Assembly: GCF_001194135.2 (NCBI RefSeq)
Contig: NC_068983.1
Span: 11,342,713 to 11,383,445 of the forward strand
Direction of reading: 5' to 3'
Origin: Octopus bimaculoides
Taxonomy: Eukaryota
DNA length: 40,733 nucleotides
A program made the translations under genes and the position numbers. The notes beneath the pieces were generated by a model that was not told the DNA's origin, did no database searches, and worked only from the letters and a program-made list of their open reading frames with translations. Positions 10,860-22,770 of this stretch are shown here, piece by piece. Position 1 is the first letter of the stretch; each line of letters begins with the position of its first letter.

Positions 10860-11090
10860 GTCAAAACAAATTTACTTTGAAGAGGAAACAATGAAATATT
10901 TCACCCTTTGAGTTCAGGAAAGCAGCTGAATTGTGTGAATTATGTAGAATGATTCTCCTGTCAGTCAGACAAAGCCTGCAACGTTTATCTCCATTCAGTT
11001 TGTAAAAGGTTTGATGCAACCAGTTGTGAGGAAAATCTACATAACAAGAGTGACACTACAGAGGTATGAAATATGGGTTTATAATCCTGA
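10860..11090 (+). pseudogene. Highly decayed mariner transposase remnant
   Basis: Remnants resembling FEFRK..AAE (GAGTTCAGGAAAGCAGCTGAA) and VTGDEKWVY (GTGACACTACAGAGGTATGAAATATGGGTTTATAAT). Confidence 0.35.
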
Positions 11091-12914
11091 TTACTTCATA
11101 TACATATAGAAGATTCCAAGCACTTCTAATATAAAGTGTATTGAACACTTTTTTTTACATTTATTCAATGATACAAACACAATATGTGTGCATATATGTA
11201 CATGTATGTTAAATATTAGTGAACTATGTAAAAATATTAGTAAAAGAGAAAGCATTTATACCAAAGTGTTGAAAAATCTGAAGTTACTCTATCTAGGCTT
11301 TAGCTTTAGATTTCTACCAATAATGACTGGGGCACATAGTTACATGATTAACTACTACTGATTTACCTTTCAGAAACTAAATTTCACAAAACTTAAAAGT
11401 TTTGATTGAAAGATTATAGATACAAGATATCAAAGGAAGGAACTGTCAGTTTATGTAAAACATTCATGAAGTTTAGTTATGTAAAATGATCCACAGATGC
11501 AATGATATTCCATGCCTGCACCATGTGTGCACTTCTGCATACATGTACACATGCATTCATACATATATGTATACATATAAGATTACTTATTGATGCTGTT
11601 CCAATTCCAATGAAAGAGCCTTGTATCTAGGCTACAAATCATCTATTTCTCCATTGATGAGGAACTTGAAAATTAAAACCAGGTAAACAACATGCATCCA
11701 TACATAAGTACACACATACATAGGTACATACAAACATACATACATATATATATGTATATATATGTATGTATGTGCATTTATATATTATGAATGTGTGTGT
11801 TCCAACCACCCTTCCTCACATTCTTATGAAATTTCTCCTCTGTCCCAACCTGCCCACTCACCCAGTTCAATCTTCACTTAACCTATATTCACCCCCACAA
11901 CTATACTTTGAGAGAATGTCCTGACACATACCCACCACCACCACCACCTCTCTCACTCTCCATCTCTATCTTTCTCTCTAAGTTTTTCTTTCTCTTCTTC
12001 GTTCTCCAGCTGGAATATCCTTGTATCCTCAATTATTCTTTCAGCCTCTCATCAACTGGCACAAAGCCACCTCCCTCAATACTACTCCCTCCTCCAGCTG
12101 AAGGTACCTTGTCTTGCAGGTTCCTTGATGATCCCACTGAAACATACTAGAAACAACTGGTAAAGGACAGGATTTTTGGGAGAACATCCTTTTTTAAAAT
12201 TTATATCGAAGATCAGGTCCTTAAATGCACCCATCACAAATATGAATTACAGAATAGAAAAAGGTGATTTCAATTGGATTTGAGCTGTAACATATTTCAT
12301 ACAGAAGTTTTAGTAAGAGAGGGGGAGAGAGAGAGAGGGAGAGTGTGTACGTGTGCCAAAGGAAGTTATTTTATAGCATTCTTTCGTTTGAAGCAGGAAA
12401 GTTGTCAACTCGATCATATGGGATCATATGACTGTGTGTGTGAGTGAAGGTGTGTGTTGTTATGTATGTGTAAGTGGCACTCACTCGGTCTCTCTCTCTC
12501 TGTCTCACACAAACACACACATCTTTCATATACACATACATAAATACGTATGCATACATCTTTTTTGTATATATGCGTGCGTGTGTGTGTGAGAGAGAAA
12601 GAGAGAGAGAGTGAGTGACTGTATTTCGTCATAACATATAGAGAAATGGATGTCTCTTAAGGTACACACTCATATAGAAAATGTGACGTCGTCATCATTA
12701 TCGTCGTGGGCAGCTCAGTTTTTGAATGCATAAGAAAGATATGTGTGCATGCACACACACACACACACAAACTCTCTTTTACATATATGGAAGTGTCCCT
12801 GTCTGTCTATCTCTTCTTGTCTTCTCCCCTTCCCTGATATCAGCCACCCTCATTATGCCACATTTCCCTGAACCTAACATGCTTGCACCCCCTCTCATTT
12901 TATCATGTAATAGC

Positions 12915-13078
12915 CCAACCCCAATAGTCAGTCCAATATCAATTTTCATTGCAATCCAATTAGCCTATAATTGAACTGGATGTTAGTTCAACATGTATAC
13001 AAAGTTTGGTGAAGATTTGTTCCCTGGTTTGAGTAGCAAGATGGTAACAGACAGACATTGCCATTTATATATAAGATA
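12915..13078 (+). mobile_element. Helitron/Helentron-like non-autonomous 3' end
   Basis: CATGTATACAAAGTTTGGTGAAGAT..ACAGACAGACATTGCCATTTATATATAAGAT resembles widespread animal Helitron N-element ends (recognised from memory). Confidence 0.45.
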
Positions 13079-13236
13079 TACGATGGGCTTCTTTCAGTTT
13101 CCATCAACCAAATCCACTCACATTGCTTTGGTCGGCCTGAGGCTATCGTAGAAGACTCTTGGCCAAGGTGCTATGCAGTGGGACTGAACCTAGAACCATG
13201 TGGTCAGGAAGCAAGCTTCATACCACAAACCATGCC
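13079..13236 (-). mobile_element. SINE family A, 5' half
   Basis: CGATGGGCTTCTTTCAGTTTCC..TTGGCCAAGGTG..GGGACTGAACC. Confidence 0.85.
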
Positions 13237-13470
13237 AATGGCTATGTGTTGGTGAGTGAATCTTCAGCAATCCGTCGAATAGCCTTCTTTTGGAATGTGT
13301 GTGTGTGTGTGTAGCAGCTGTACTATTCTAGATATGTGAGTATTATTCTAACGTGATCATATTAGAAGAAATATTTACAAACTGGAAAAAGTTTGAGTAA
13401 ATGAAGTCCAAAAAAGAATTTGAAGCTAAAGGTAAATTCATATAAAATGATAAATGGCGTGTTTAAAAAA

Positions 13471-14927
13471 CTCCCGTTTTGCTGCCAGTTGCAGTAGACT
13501 GCTGCCAAGACGACTCCAAACAAGTCTGGCAAATGACAATAAAGCTCGTAGAACCGACCATCCAAGCCTGGTGACTTGTCTCCTGTACAGCCTACCATCG
13601 CATTCTATATGTCTGCGGCTGTGATGGGTCTTTCACAACACTCTGCTTCTCTTGCTGAGAGTCATGGCAGGCCATGCAGGTAGGCACTACAGTCTATGCT
13701 GTGTTCTGGCCCACTAGTTGTCCCAAACAGTTGGGCAAAGTGCTATTGAAAGGCCACACACATCCTTCGGGCTTGAGTAATTTGAGCCCCTGTTCATATG
13801 CCAGAGACCTTTGTTGCCTCGTTGCATCTCTGCCACTTGGGCCTCTCGGGCGGCTCCAATTCCTTTGTTTCTTGGAGCACACATCCTAGCTCTGACAACG
13901 CATCCTTCGTGTTTGGTGTTGAAGTGTTGGTTGAGGGCCAACCTCACCGCCAACACATTGGATGCAATGCCACTTCTATGTGCCTCTTCTAATTTCTTAA
14001 CTAGGTCTCTCTCCGTTCTATTTCGATCAATCGCTAGAGTCTTACTATACCTAACCGATTCTGCTTTAATTGCTTTCTGTAGGGCACACCACCATCTATT
14101 GTTGACAATGGCGCCCGTCATTGCTCTCTTAACTAATGTGCTAATCCAGTCTCTGTAAGCCTGATGCACCGTGAACGACATGTTCAATTTCCAGTAACCA
14201 GGACCCTGTCTATGATTCTTATCCAAGTCAAATGTACAAGCCACAAATTTGTGATCTGTGTAGCTGACTATATGAAATTGTGGATAATCTACACTATCTC
14301 TATCCGCTGTCCTACAGAATACTCTAAATACAATCTCGACAACCCAATGCGGTTGCTCCATGTCCACATTGGCACATTTGGGTGGTTCAGTCGGTACCTG
14401 TAGGTTAGTTGGAAATGTCTGAGCAGGTCTTTGAGGCATTTGCATCCCCTCCTATTCCTCTCTCTACTCATGTAGTCTAGATGCATGTCGAAGGTAGCAT
14501 TCCAATACCCCACTAAAAGTAAAGGTCGAGATGTTCCCAGGAAAACTTCTAGATGTCAAAAGAAATCCGGCAGACCTGTTAAGGATGGTACATAAACTGT
14601 TATCAGTCAAAAAGCACACCCATTCCTGTCATCGACATCCAAGACAACCAGCCCACATTCTGGGTCAAGGAATATTGCTCTTACTTTCAGGTCCAGACTC
14701 TTCTGAAAAAGCACCGTGGTACCACCTCCACCCATTCTCGGCAGACACGGAGAAAAATAAATGTCGAATTGTCCACCGAACATGTGCTGGAGGGTCCGCA
14801 GGTTGTGGAGTCTGGTCACACTGATGGCTATGATATACACATTCTGTGACTTGATGTCATTTAACAGGTAGCCTTGTTTCCAAGGCAACCCCAAGCCACT
14901 CACATTTATCCAGCCTATTCTAAGCAT
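13471..14927 (-). pseudogene. LINE ORF2 pseudogene (endonuclease to RT domain 0)
   Basis: ORF-track pieces 14607-14927, 14289-14513, 13714-14445, 13694-13882 and 13362-13598 join across frameshifts. Confidence 0.85.
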
Positions 14928-15410
14928 GTTCCTATCGAAAGTTGTGCTTTACACATGCAAGTAAAAGGAAAAGAATGAGAGTGAGAGAGAGTCACTGTTT
15001 GAAAGTTGGTTGTTCTTCACCTCACAATCTTCTCTCAGAAGGTTTTTGTGCATTTTTTTTTTTTTAATAAGTACCTTTGAAATCTCCCTACTGCCTCGAG
15101 GCAGAGAGATTTCAGTGTGTTGTGTGTTTTGTGTCACGTATATGATCTTTATGTGTTGAGGTGGTGTTGTGCGTGGGTGATTGTTTTGACATCGTTTCCT
15201 GTTATGTTGGTCTTTGACCTAATGTATTGCATTAGGTCTGAATTGTTTGTGTTTATTTATGTTTATTGTGTTTATTGCCGTTCGGTGTTTGTATTGTTGA
15301 TAGTAATGTGTGTGCTTTGTGAGGGAACTGTGTTTTCAGGAGTAAGTGATTCTTCTTGCTTTGTCCCTCTTTTCTTCTCTCCTGTGTGGCCATTTGCCAT
15401 TCTTCTGAAT
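13471..15410 (-). mobile_element. Tx1/L1-clade non-LTR retrotransposon fragment (ORF1 C-terminus, APE endonuclease, linker, start of RT)
   Basis: MLRIGWINVSGL (APE start at 14927), GYWNATFD, YTDHK, GPGYWKLN and KSPGLDG..YELY motifs, with frameshifts; low-complexity ORF1-like remnant at 14950-15410. Confidence 0.88.
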
Positions 15411-15810
15411 AATAACAGATGATGGATAATTGTCAGTTCATTACAGCTGTTCCTTACATAACTTTTTAATAGAAGAATGAGAATATTACTCCATTACAAA
15501 TAACTGCTATCATCAGATGAGAAGTAATTTTACAGACAAAAGAATATCTCAAGAATACAGCAGGGATGTGGCTGGAGTTTGTCGAGGTCAACAAGAATGA
15601 CCAACTATGCTGTCTGTTGAGGTTAAGAGTATAGTTCTTGCAAGTGTGTAATGTGATATCTAAGGTCAGCAATCCAGGTGAGAAGGAGTCTGCTAGACTA
15701 ATTCATAGGTAGACTGGAGTGGGGTGTAGGTAATAATTTATTATAGTAGGCTCAGAGCAGTGGGAAGTAAGGAAAGGTCTTCCTTCTCTTCATTTTTCTT
15801 CATTTTTTTC

Positions 15811-16203
15811 TATTCTTTTACTTGTTTCAGTCATTTGACTGTGGCCATGCTGGAGCACCGCCTTTAGTCAAGCAAATCGACCCCAGGATTTATTCTTTTG
15901 TAAGCCTAGTACTTATTCTATCAGTCTCTTTTGCCGAACCGCTAAGTTACGGGGATGTAAACACACCAGAATCGGTTGTCAAGCGATGTTGGGGGGACAA
16001 ACACAGACATACAAACATATACAAACGCATACATATATACGATGGGCTTCTTTCAGTTTCCGTCTACCAAATCCACTCACAAAGCTTTGGTCGGCCCAAA
16101 GCTATAGTAAAAGACACTTGCCCAAGGTGCCAGGCAGTGGGATTGAACCTGGAACCATGTGGTTGGTAAGTAAGCTACTAACCACACAGCCACTCCTGCG
16201 CCT
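15811..16203 (-). mobile_element. SINE family A, full length
   Basis: Reverse complement of 56-446 along its whole length. Confidence 0.92.
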
Positions 16204-16315
16204 ATATAAATAAAAACTGGTTTACTACATTTCCTTTCACAACATGACTATAAACATCTATTAAAGAGGGAAAAGGAAAGAGAGAGAGAGTGAGTGAGTG
16301 AGTGAGAGAGAGAGT

Positions 16316-16374
<59 letters not shown>

Positions 16375-16543
16375 CCTGAACTAGACAGATTTTTACACCT
16401 TATCATTTTAAAGATGTAAGGATGAATTAGATAATATAATCTTAAACACCTCAGAAAAGACAGGTTGGTTGCAGATCTGCTTGTTATGGGGTAACTTTGG
16501 CCCAAGCAATAACAACAATGACAAAAACATGAGCTGACAACAG

Positions 16544-16626
16544 TCACCTAACTTGCTAAAAATAGCAGTTGAATCACCCTCAAATTACACCCTACCATCT
16601 TAAAATAAGGAAAGGATACATTAGAT
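16544..16626. repeat. Repeat family F fragment interrupted by the MITE at 16627
   Basis: CACCTAACTTGCTAAAAATAGCAG..CCCTCAAATTACACCCTACCATCTTAAAA..GATACATTAGAT. Confidence 0.5.
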
Positions 16627-16905
16627 CAGTGTTTCTCTAAGTAGGTTCCTTGAAATAATTCAGGGGTTTCGCAAGAAGTAAAGTCTTTTAATAAAATTTA
16701 ATAAAAATTTCTTTTATAAAAAAAGAACATTCAACACTTCAAATGCATGTCATACGTGTAATTTATAAGAATAAATTCTGTCTCAAAAACAATATCATAT
16801 TAAAATTATGGTGATGACAGTTGTCTGTAAAATGTAAATATGGGTTCCACAATTTTTGGAAAATCATATAAGGGTTCCACAGCAAAATAAGTCTCAGAAG
16901 TGCTA
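16627..16905. mobile_element. hAT-type MITE
   Basis: Degenerate TIRs CAGTGTTTCTCTAAGT / AGTCTCAGAAGTGCTA; subterminal GGGTTCC motifs; 8-bp flanks CATTAGAT / TGTTAGAT. Confidence 0.55.
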
Positions 16906-17553
16906 TGTTAGATAAAGTAGTTGGAAGTACTCCACAGACAACATGATGGCTACAGTTAGAATAGGACAACAGCTTTGACTTGAGGGTTAAACCTCATCAG
17001 TTGTAATTATTCCAGCTATTAGTAGAGCTAGGAATTATGTGACCTACCAGTATCACAATAGCATTGAAAGAAGCTACTTAGCTATGTCTGGGCTATTGAA
17101 AAATTAGCACAAACAGGTCATGTGCGTGTGCATAGCAAATATTATTAGCTTACATAACTGACACTATTCTCTTTTCAACTTAAACATGTTTACACAAAAT
17201 CATTATCATCCTTGTCAACATTATGCTTGCTTTTCCATGCTATCATGAATTGGACAAGTCAGTTTCAATACAATGCACCCCCGCTCCACCAAATCATCAT
17301 GGTTTTTTTTGTTGCCGTTTCTGTGAGGTTCAATATTCTGAGATCAACCTTTGCCATTTTTACATGTGTCTTCGTTTGGTGTTCTCTTTCTCTACTTTGC
17401 AAGTTCACGTACGTACATCAAGCTCTTGCATAACACCAACAGCTTTGTATTGAGAGACACAGCTGGCTTGATAAGGTTTCAGTCAGCTTATCACAAAGTT
17501 GAGTGGATAAGATATTGAACTACATGTTTCGTTGTGTGTTTTAGCCATTAAAC

Positions 17554-18151
17554 CAATTGTTCTCAACCATTTTGCTTTACCTGTGGACCCCTCTGATTCC
17601 TATTTTACTCAGATGAACCCTCATAACCATTTGATGTTTTAAAAATCCCTTTATATTTCTATAGCTAAATATTATTAGGAATCGTATCATCATCATTTAA
17701 CGTCCGCTTTCCATGCTAGCATGGGTTGGATGATTTGACTGAGGACTGGTGAACCAGATGACGACACCAGGCTCCAATCTGATTTGGCAGAGTTTCTACA
17801 GCTGGATGCCCTTCCTAATGCCAACCACTCCGAGAGTGTAGTAGGTGCTTTTACGTGCCACCCGGCACAAAGGCCAGTCAGGCGGTACTGTCAACGGCCA
17901 CGCTCAAAATGGTGTATTTTACGTGTCACCTGCATAGGAGCCAGTCCAGCGGCACTGGCAACGATCTCGCTCGAATATCTTTTCCCGTGCCACTGGCACA
18001 AGTGCCATGAAGGCGACGTTGGTAACATATAAAAAAATTAAAATATTTTGAGCATTGTAGGAGTTATAACCAATTTATTGCACATAAATGTTAATAACAA
18101 AATCTTATATTGACCTCCAAGGGTCATATGGACCTCAGTTGAGAACCGCCA
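17554..18151 (+). mobile_element. hAT (Charlie-like) MITE carrying a nested RTE insertion
   Basis: TIR-like CAATTGTTCTCAAC / GTTGAGAACCGCCA; perfect 8-bp TSD CATTAAAC (17546-17553, 18152-18159); internal homology to 27635-27896. Confidence 0.85.
17686..18027 (-). mobile_element. RTE 3' UTR fragment nested in the MITE
   Basis: (ATC)n tail, GGATGCCCTTCC motif and more than two ~65-bp units. Confidence 0.9.
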
Positions 18152-18420
18152 CATTAAACTTAACTTCCTGTCTCTAAATCCTTCTGTCAGACACGACTAA
18201 ATCATTTATGAGATTTATAATGGATAGCAACATCTCACTCAGTAGGAAATTTAAGGTTTGATGAAACAGAAGTTAAATACTGGCCCTTAGTCCCTCAGGG
18301 CTTTGGAAATAATTTTTCTCTCTTTTAATTATCTGACCTGAAGATTTGACAACTCCTGATCTATCAGGACAGTACTTTAGCTGAAACACACATTTTACTA
18401 ACGAGTCTAATCCTTCAGTA

Positions 18421-18794
18421 GAGGCGCAATGGCCCAGTGGTTAGGGCAGTGGACTCGCGGTTTCGATTTCCCAGACCAGGCGTTGTGAGTGTTTATTGAG
18501 CGAAAACACCTAAAGCTCCATGAGGCTCCGGCAGGGGATGGTGGCAAATCCTGCTGTATTCTTTCACCACAACTTTTTCTCACTCTTACTTCCTGTTTCT
18601 GTTGTGCCTGTAATTCAAAGGGTCAGCCTTGTCACACTCTATGTCACACTGAATATCCCGAGAACTACGTTAAGGGTACACGTGTCTGTGGAGTGCTCAG
18701 CCACTTGCACGTTAATTTCACGAGCAGGCTGTTCCATTGATCGGATCAACTGGAACCCTCGACATCGTAAGCGACGGAGTGCCAACAACAACAA
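18421..18794 (+). mobile_element. tRNA-derived SINE family D
   Basis: A box TGGCCCAGTGG, B box GGTTTCGATTTCC with the spacer deleted, ~300-bp body and (CAA)n tail. Confidence 0.8.
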
Positions 18795-20261
18795 TTAATC
18801 CTTCTAGCTTTCAATGGATACCATAGAGAAGCATGCATATATTACTGGTATAGACAGAATTACTCACTGTATACTTGAAAAGTGTTTCGTTAGCTTACAT
18901 TACTGATTCGACCCTTTAACTGTGAAATTAAATTTCATTATTTCAGTAATGATGTCAAATATCTACCAAAAAATAGAATTAGTATTTTCTGCAAGTCATG
19001 TTGCCTCAATAAACTCAACATATTTCAACAAAAAATTGTTTCAAATATGACATTCTTCAACAAAATGGAGATTGGTATATAAACTGCTTTCTGCAGTTAA
19101 AGGTAGTGAAATTTTGAGTTCTATATCTGAAATCCACAGTAAAATGGTTAAAATTTTCTTGTGGCAACAAAAGAGATATTATGAAAAACCACAGCATTGT
19201 ATTTATCCTTGAATCATTGCACACAAACCCAGTAAATTATGTAATGTTGTTTCTCCTAAGATGATAGTTTTTTTTTTTTAATCTTTTGAGCCATTAAGGA
19301 GGCCTCTATATGGATGTTTGGCCTTCTAGAAATAGCAGTCAAATCTTGGCTGTCAATTTTGTATGTAAATTTCTTTATACTAGTAATAGTTAATGTTACT
19401 TATTGAGAAAATATATTCTGCTCATCTTTAACAGTTGAAATGAAAAGTGAACAACCCCTGACCAGATTTATCAAAGATGAAACTAGTTAGATAATCTTCT
19501 TATTTAACTATATATGTGTCTGCATGCATGTATGTGTGTGTGTGTATGTGTGCATGCATATGTGAGTGAGTGTATATATACACACTCATATATATTCTTT
19601 TATTCTTTTTTCAGTCATTTGACTGCAGCCATGCATTTATGTGTATATGGGGGGGGGGGCTATACATATGTACACACACACACACACATGTGCGTGCACA
19701 CACACATGTATATGTATGTATGTATACAGATGTAGACCAAGGCAGTAGTACATATGTATGCAGTCAGTCATATACATACTAACACAGATTATAAATACCT
19801 AGATGTCAGTACACACTCACCAACATGAACATGCAAGAATTTATGCAAATACAGAAACAAATCCACATGAAGTACCGCATACACATCCTCAACACATATT
19901 CAGGTTTGTAAACACAAACATGCATTCTTACATACACAAACACACTACAAAGATTATGCATTAATGCATTAATGGATTTTTATAGAATTTCTCCCAAACA
20001 GAGCACTTCTCAGACACAAACATTCAAGCAAGCTTGAGTAGAATACAACAGTTGAGATTTGCTATGTAACTGACCTACTTCACAACATTATTGTCTCTTT
20101 CACCTAAGCCACAAGTATAATGTAGCATTTTATCTATATGTATGTACTTTGATATCAATTACTTCTTCATAAACATTCATAAAACACATTATACATAGAG
20201 TGCACACACACACACATATATATAATGGACTCTCTCATTGAAGACGATATATATATACGAG

Positions 20262-20516
20262 CATTCAGCTTTTGCTGAGTGACCTGTACAAATGATTTGT
20301 TTATAGTGATCAAATGTATGTGCCGCACATTAGCCCACACCTTCCATTAAATCACTGTGGCTCGAACAGATGCACAGCGCGCCATGCATCAAGTACCGAA
20401 CTGATCACAGAGCAGTGAAGTGAGATGAAGTGTTTTGCTCAAGAACACAATGCACCGCCCAATCTAGGAATTGAAATCATGATCTCATGATCATAAGGGC
20501 CACACTCTAGGCCATG
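20262..20516 (-). mobile_element. tRNA-headed SINE (family E-related)
   Basis: Revcomp CATGGCCTAGAG..GATTTCAATTCC head, GGGCGGTGCATTGTGTTCTTGAGCAAAACACTT core. Confidence 0.65.
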
Positions 20517-20530
20517 AATACACACATATA

Positions 20531-20880
20531 CTCTTTTACTTGTTTCAGTCATTTGACTGCGGCCATGCTGGAGCACCGCCTTTAGTCAAGCAAATTGACC
20601 CCAGGACTTATTCTTTGTAAGCCTAGTACTTATTCTATTGGTCTCTTTTGCCAAACCGCTAAGTTACGGGGATGCAAACACACCAGCATCGGTTGTCAAG
20701 CGATGTTGGGGGGACAAACACAGACACACATACATATACATATATACGACAGACTTCTTTCAGTTTCCGTCTACCAAATCCACTCACAAGGCTTTGGTCG
20801 GCCTGAGGCTATAGTAGAAGACACTTGCCCAAGGTGCCACGCAGTGGGACTGAACCCGGAACCATGTGGTTGGTAAGCAG
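20531..20880 (-). mobile_element. SINE family A lacking its first ~25 nt, fused to an RTE fragment
   Basis: Matches family A up to GGTAAGCAG, then switches to RTE sequence. Confidence 0.88.
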
Positions 20881-21520
20881 GCTCCAATCTGATTTGACAG
20901 AATTTCTACAGCTGGATGCCCTTCCTAATGCCAACTACTCCAAGAGTGTAGTGGGTGCTTTTATGTGCCACTGGCATGAGGGCCAGTCCGGCGGTACTGG
21001 CAACGGCCATGCTCAAATGGTGTTTTTTATGTGCCACCTGCACAGGAGTCAGTCCAGCGGCACTGGCAACGACCTCGCTTGAATGTTTTGTTCAAGTGCC
21101 AGTAAGGCGATGCTGTCAACTATCATGCTCAAATGGGGTTTTTTATGTGCCACCGGCACAGAAGCCAGTCAGTTGCTCTGGCAGTCATCCCGCTCGGATG
21201 GTGCTGTTAGCACTCCACTGGCACAGATGCCAGTCATTGAATTTGGTTCAATTTCGATTTCGCTTGCCCCAACAGGTCTTCGCAAGCAGGGTTTTGTGTC
21301 CAATGAAGGAAAGGTAAGGTACGCATAAGTGGGCTGGCTACACTCCTGGTAAAGGCCATGGGTTATGGTCTCACCGGGTCTTCTCACGCACAGCATATTT
21401 CCAAAAGTCTTGGTCACTAGTCATTGCCTTGGTGAGGCCTAATGTTCAAAGATCGTGCTTCACCACTTCATCGCAGGACTTCCTGGGTCTACCTCTTCCA
21501 CAGGTACCCTCAACCACTAG
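20881..21520 (-). mobile_element. RTE-clade LINE 3' fragment with ORF2 C-terminus and repetitive 3' UTR
   Basis: 21520-21371 translates LVVEGTCGRGRPRKSCDEVVKHDL*TLGLTKAMTSDQDFWKYAVREKTR*, a typical RTE C-terminus (GRGRPR..W..V..DL..R..W); the 3' UTR is the family seen throughout the window. Confidence 0.88.
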
Positions 21521-21890
21521 GCTGTGGCACTTCAAGGTGGTGCTCCAGCATGGTCGCAGTCCAATGACAGAAATAAGTAAAAGCTAAAAGATGAAGTCAG
21601 ATCACTGGATGTTAGGTCTTATAGATGACAAAGTATCATGGAGACTTGCTTCAAGAGGAACCTCCAAAGGATTGCATTTCAGGGAGGAAGATTTGAGAGA
21701 AAATGGAGGAAATGAGGGTGCATTGATTGAGAGTAGCTGAGGTATGGTGGAAAACGCTTTACTTGTTTAAAGACATTATAGTTGGAAAGGACAGAAAGCA
21801 AATCAAAGTGCATTGGCAGATGGAGTCATAGTTTTCTGATGAGTGAAGTTTCCCATTTAATTAAATAATCCATTTTCTTTTAATCATAAG

Positions 21891-22221
21891 GCGACATGCC
21901 GTGCTTGAGGAGACCTATTGAGTCAAGTACATCAACAAGAAAATCAAAATGCAATCATATGGAAATTATAGATGTGGTCCCTATGCTGGTGGCACGTAAA
22001 AAGCACCATCCAATCGTACCAATGGTCCTTGTGCCGGTGGCATGTAAGAAAGCACCCACTACACTATCGGAGTGGTTGGCATTAGGAAGGGCATCCAGCT
22101 GTAGAAACTCTGCCAGATCAGACGGGAGCCTGGTGTAGCCTCCTGGCTTCTCAGACCCCAGTCGAACCATTCAACCCATGCCAGCATGGAAAACGGACGT
22201 TAAACGATGATGATGATGATG
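21891..22221 (+). mobile_element. RTE 3' UTR fragment (variant subfamily)
   Basis: GGTGGCACGTAAAAAGCACC units, GGAAGGGCATCCAGCTGTAGAAAC and (GAT)n tail. Confidence 0.88.
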
Positions 22222-22281
22222 CAATTCTAAAATGTATGAAACTATGCTTTTCCACATACTTTAACTAGGGAAACTTCGTAC

Positions 22282-22318
<37 letters not shown>

Positions 22319-22374
22319 NNNNNNNNNNNNNNNNNNNNNNNNNNNNNNNNNNNNNNNNNNNNNNNNNNNNNNNN

Positions 22375-22417
<43 letters not shown>
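22282..22417. repeat. (TA)n - gap - (GA)n microsatellite spanning assembly gap 22319-22374
   Basis: Directly visible. Confidence 0.9.
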
Positions 22418-22420
<3 letters not shown>

Positions 22421-22511
22421 CACAAAAACAAAAAAACAAAAAACGAAGACAGGTGGTGTAGAAAACAAACAGATATATTAGTTTAGTATAACGCTCTGGA
22501 ATTGAAAAAGT

Positions 22512-22547
22512 CTTTAACGTTTCGAGCCTACGCTCTTCCACAGAAAG
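22512..22547 (-). other. Minimal hammerhead-like motif / Penelope pLTR remnant
   Basis: CTTT CTGTGGA A GAG-CGTAGG-CTC GAAACGT T AAAG; the invariant A6 is U. Confidence 0.35.
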
Positions 22548-22770
22548 GAACACAGAAAGAAACAAGGAGAGAAAAAAATGTGTGTAGTGGTCAGCGATCT
22601 ATAGGCACGCATATGTATAATTCGAAAGCATCTTGTACCATTTGCATGGCTTTCATCAGGTTTGCCATTATAAGCTTTGAATCAGAACAAATGTGTTTGA
22701 TTTTACAAGCAAGGGGTTAAAAAGTCGAGTGTAATTATTATAGCGTTGAGATAACTCTCTTGATACTCAG

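Noticed and set aside
12115-12150. CTTGATGATCCCACTGAAAC hammerhead-like string
   Set aside because: Core begins with T instead of C and no stem II pairing is possible
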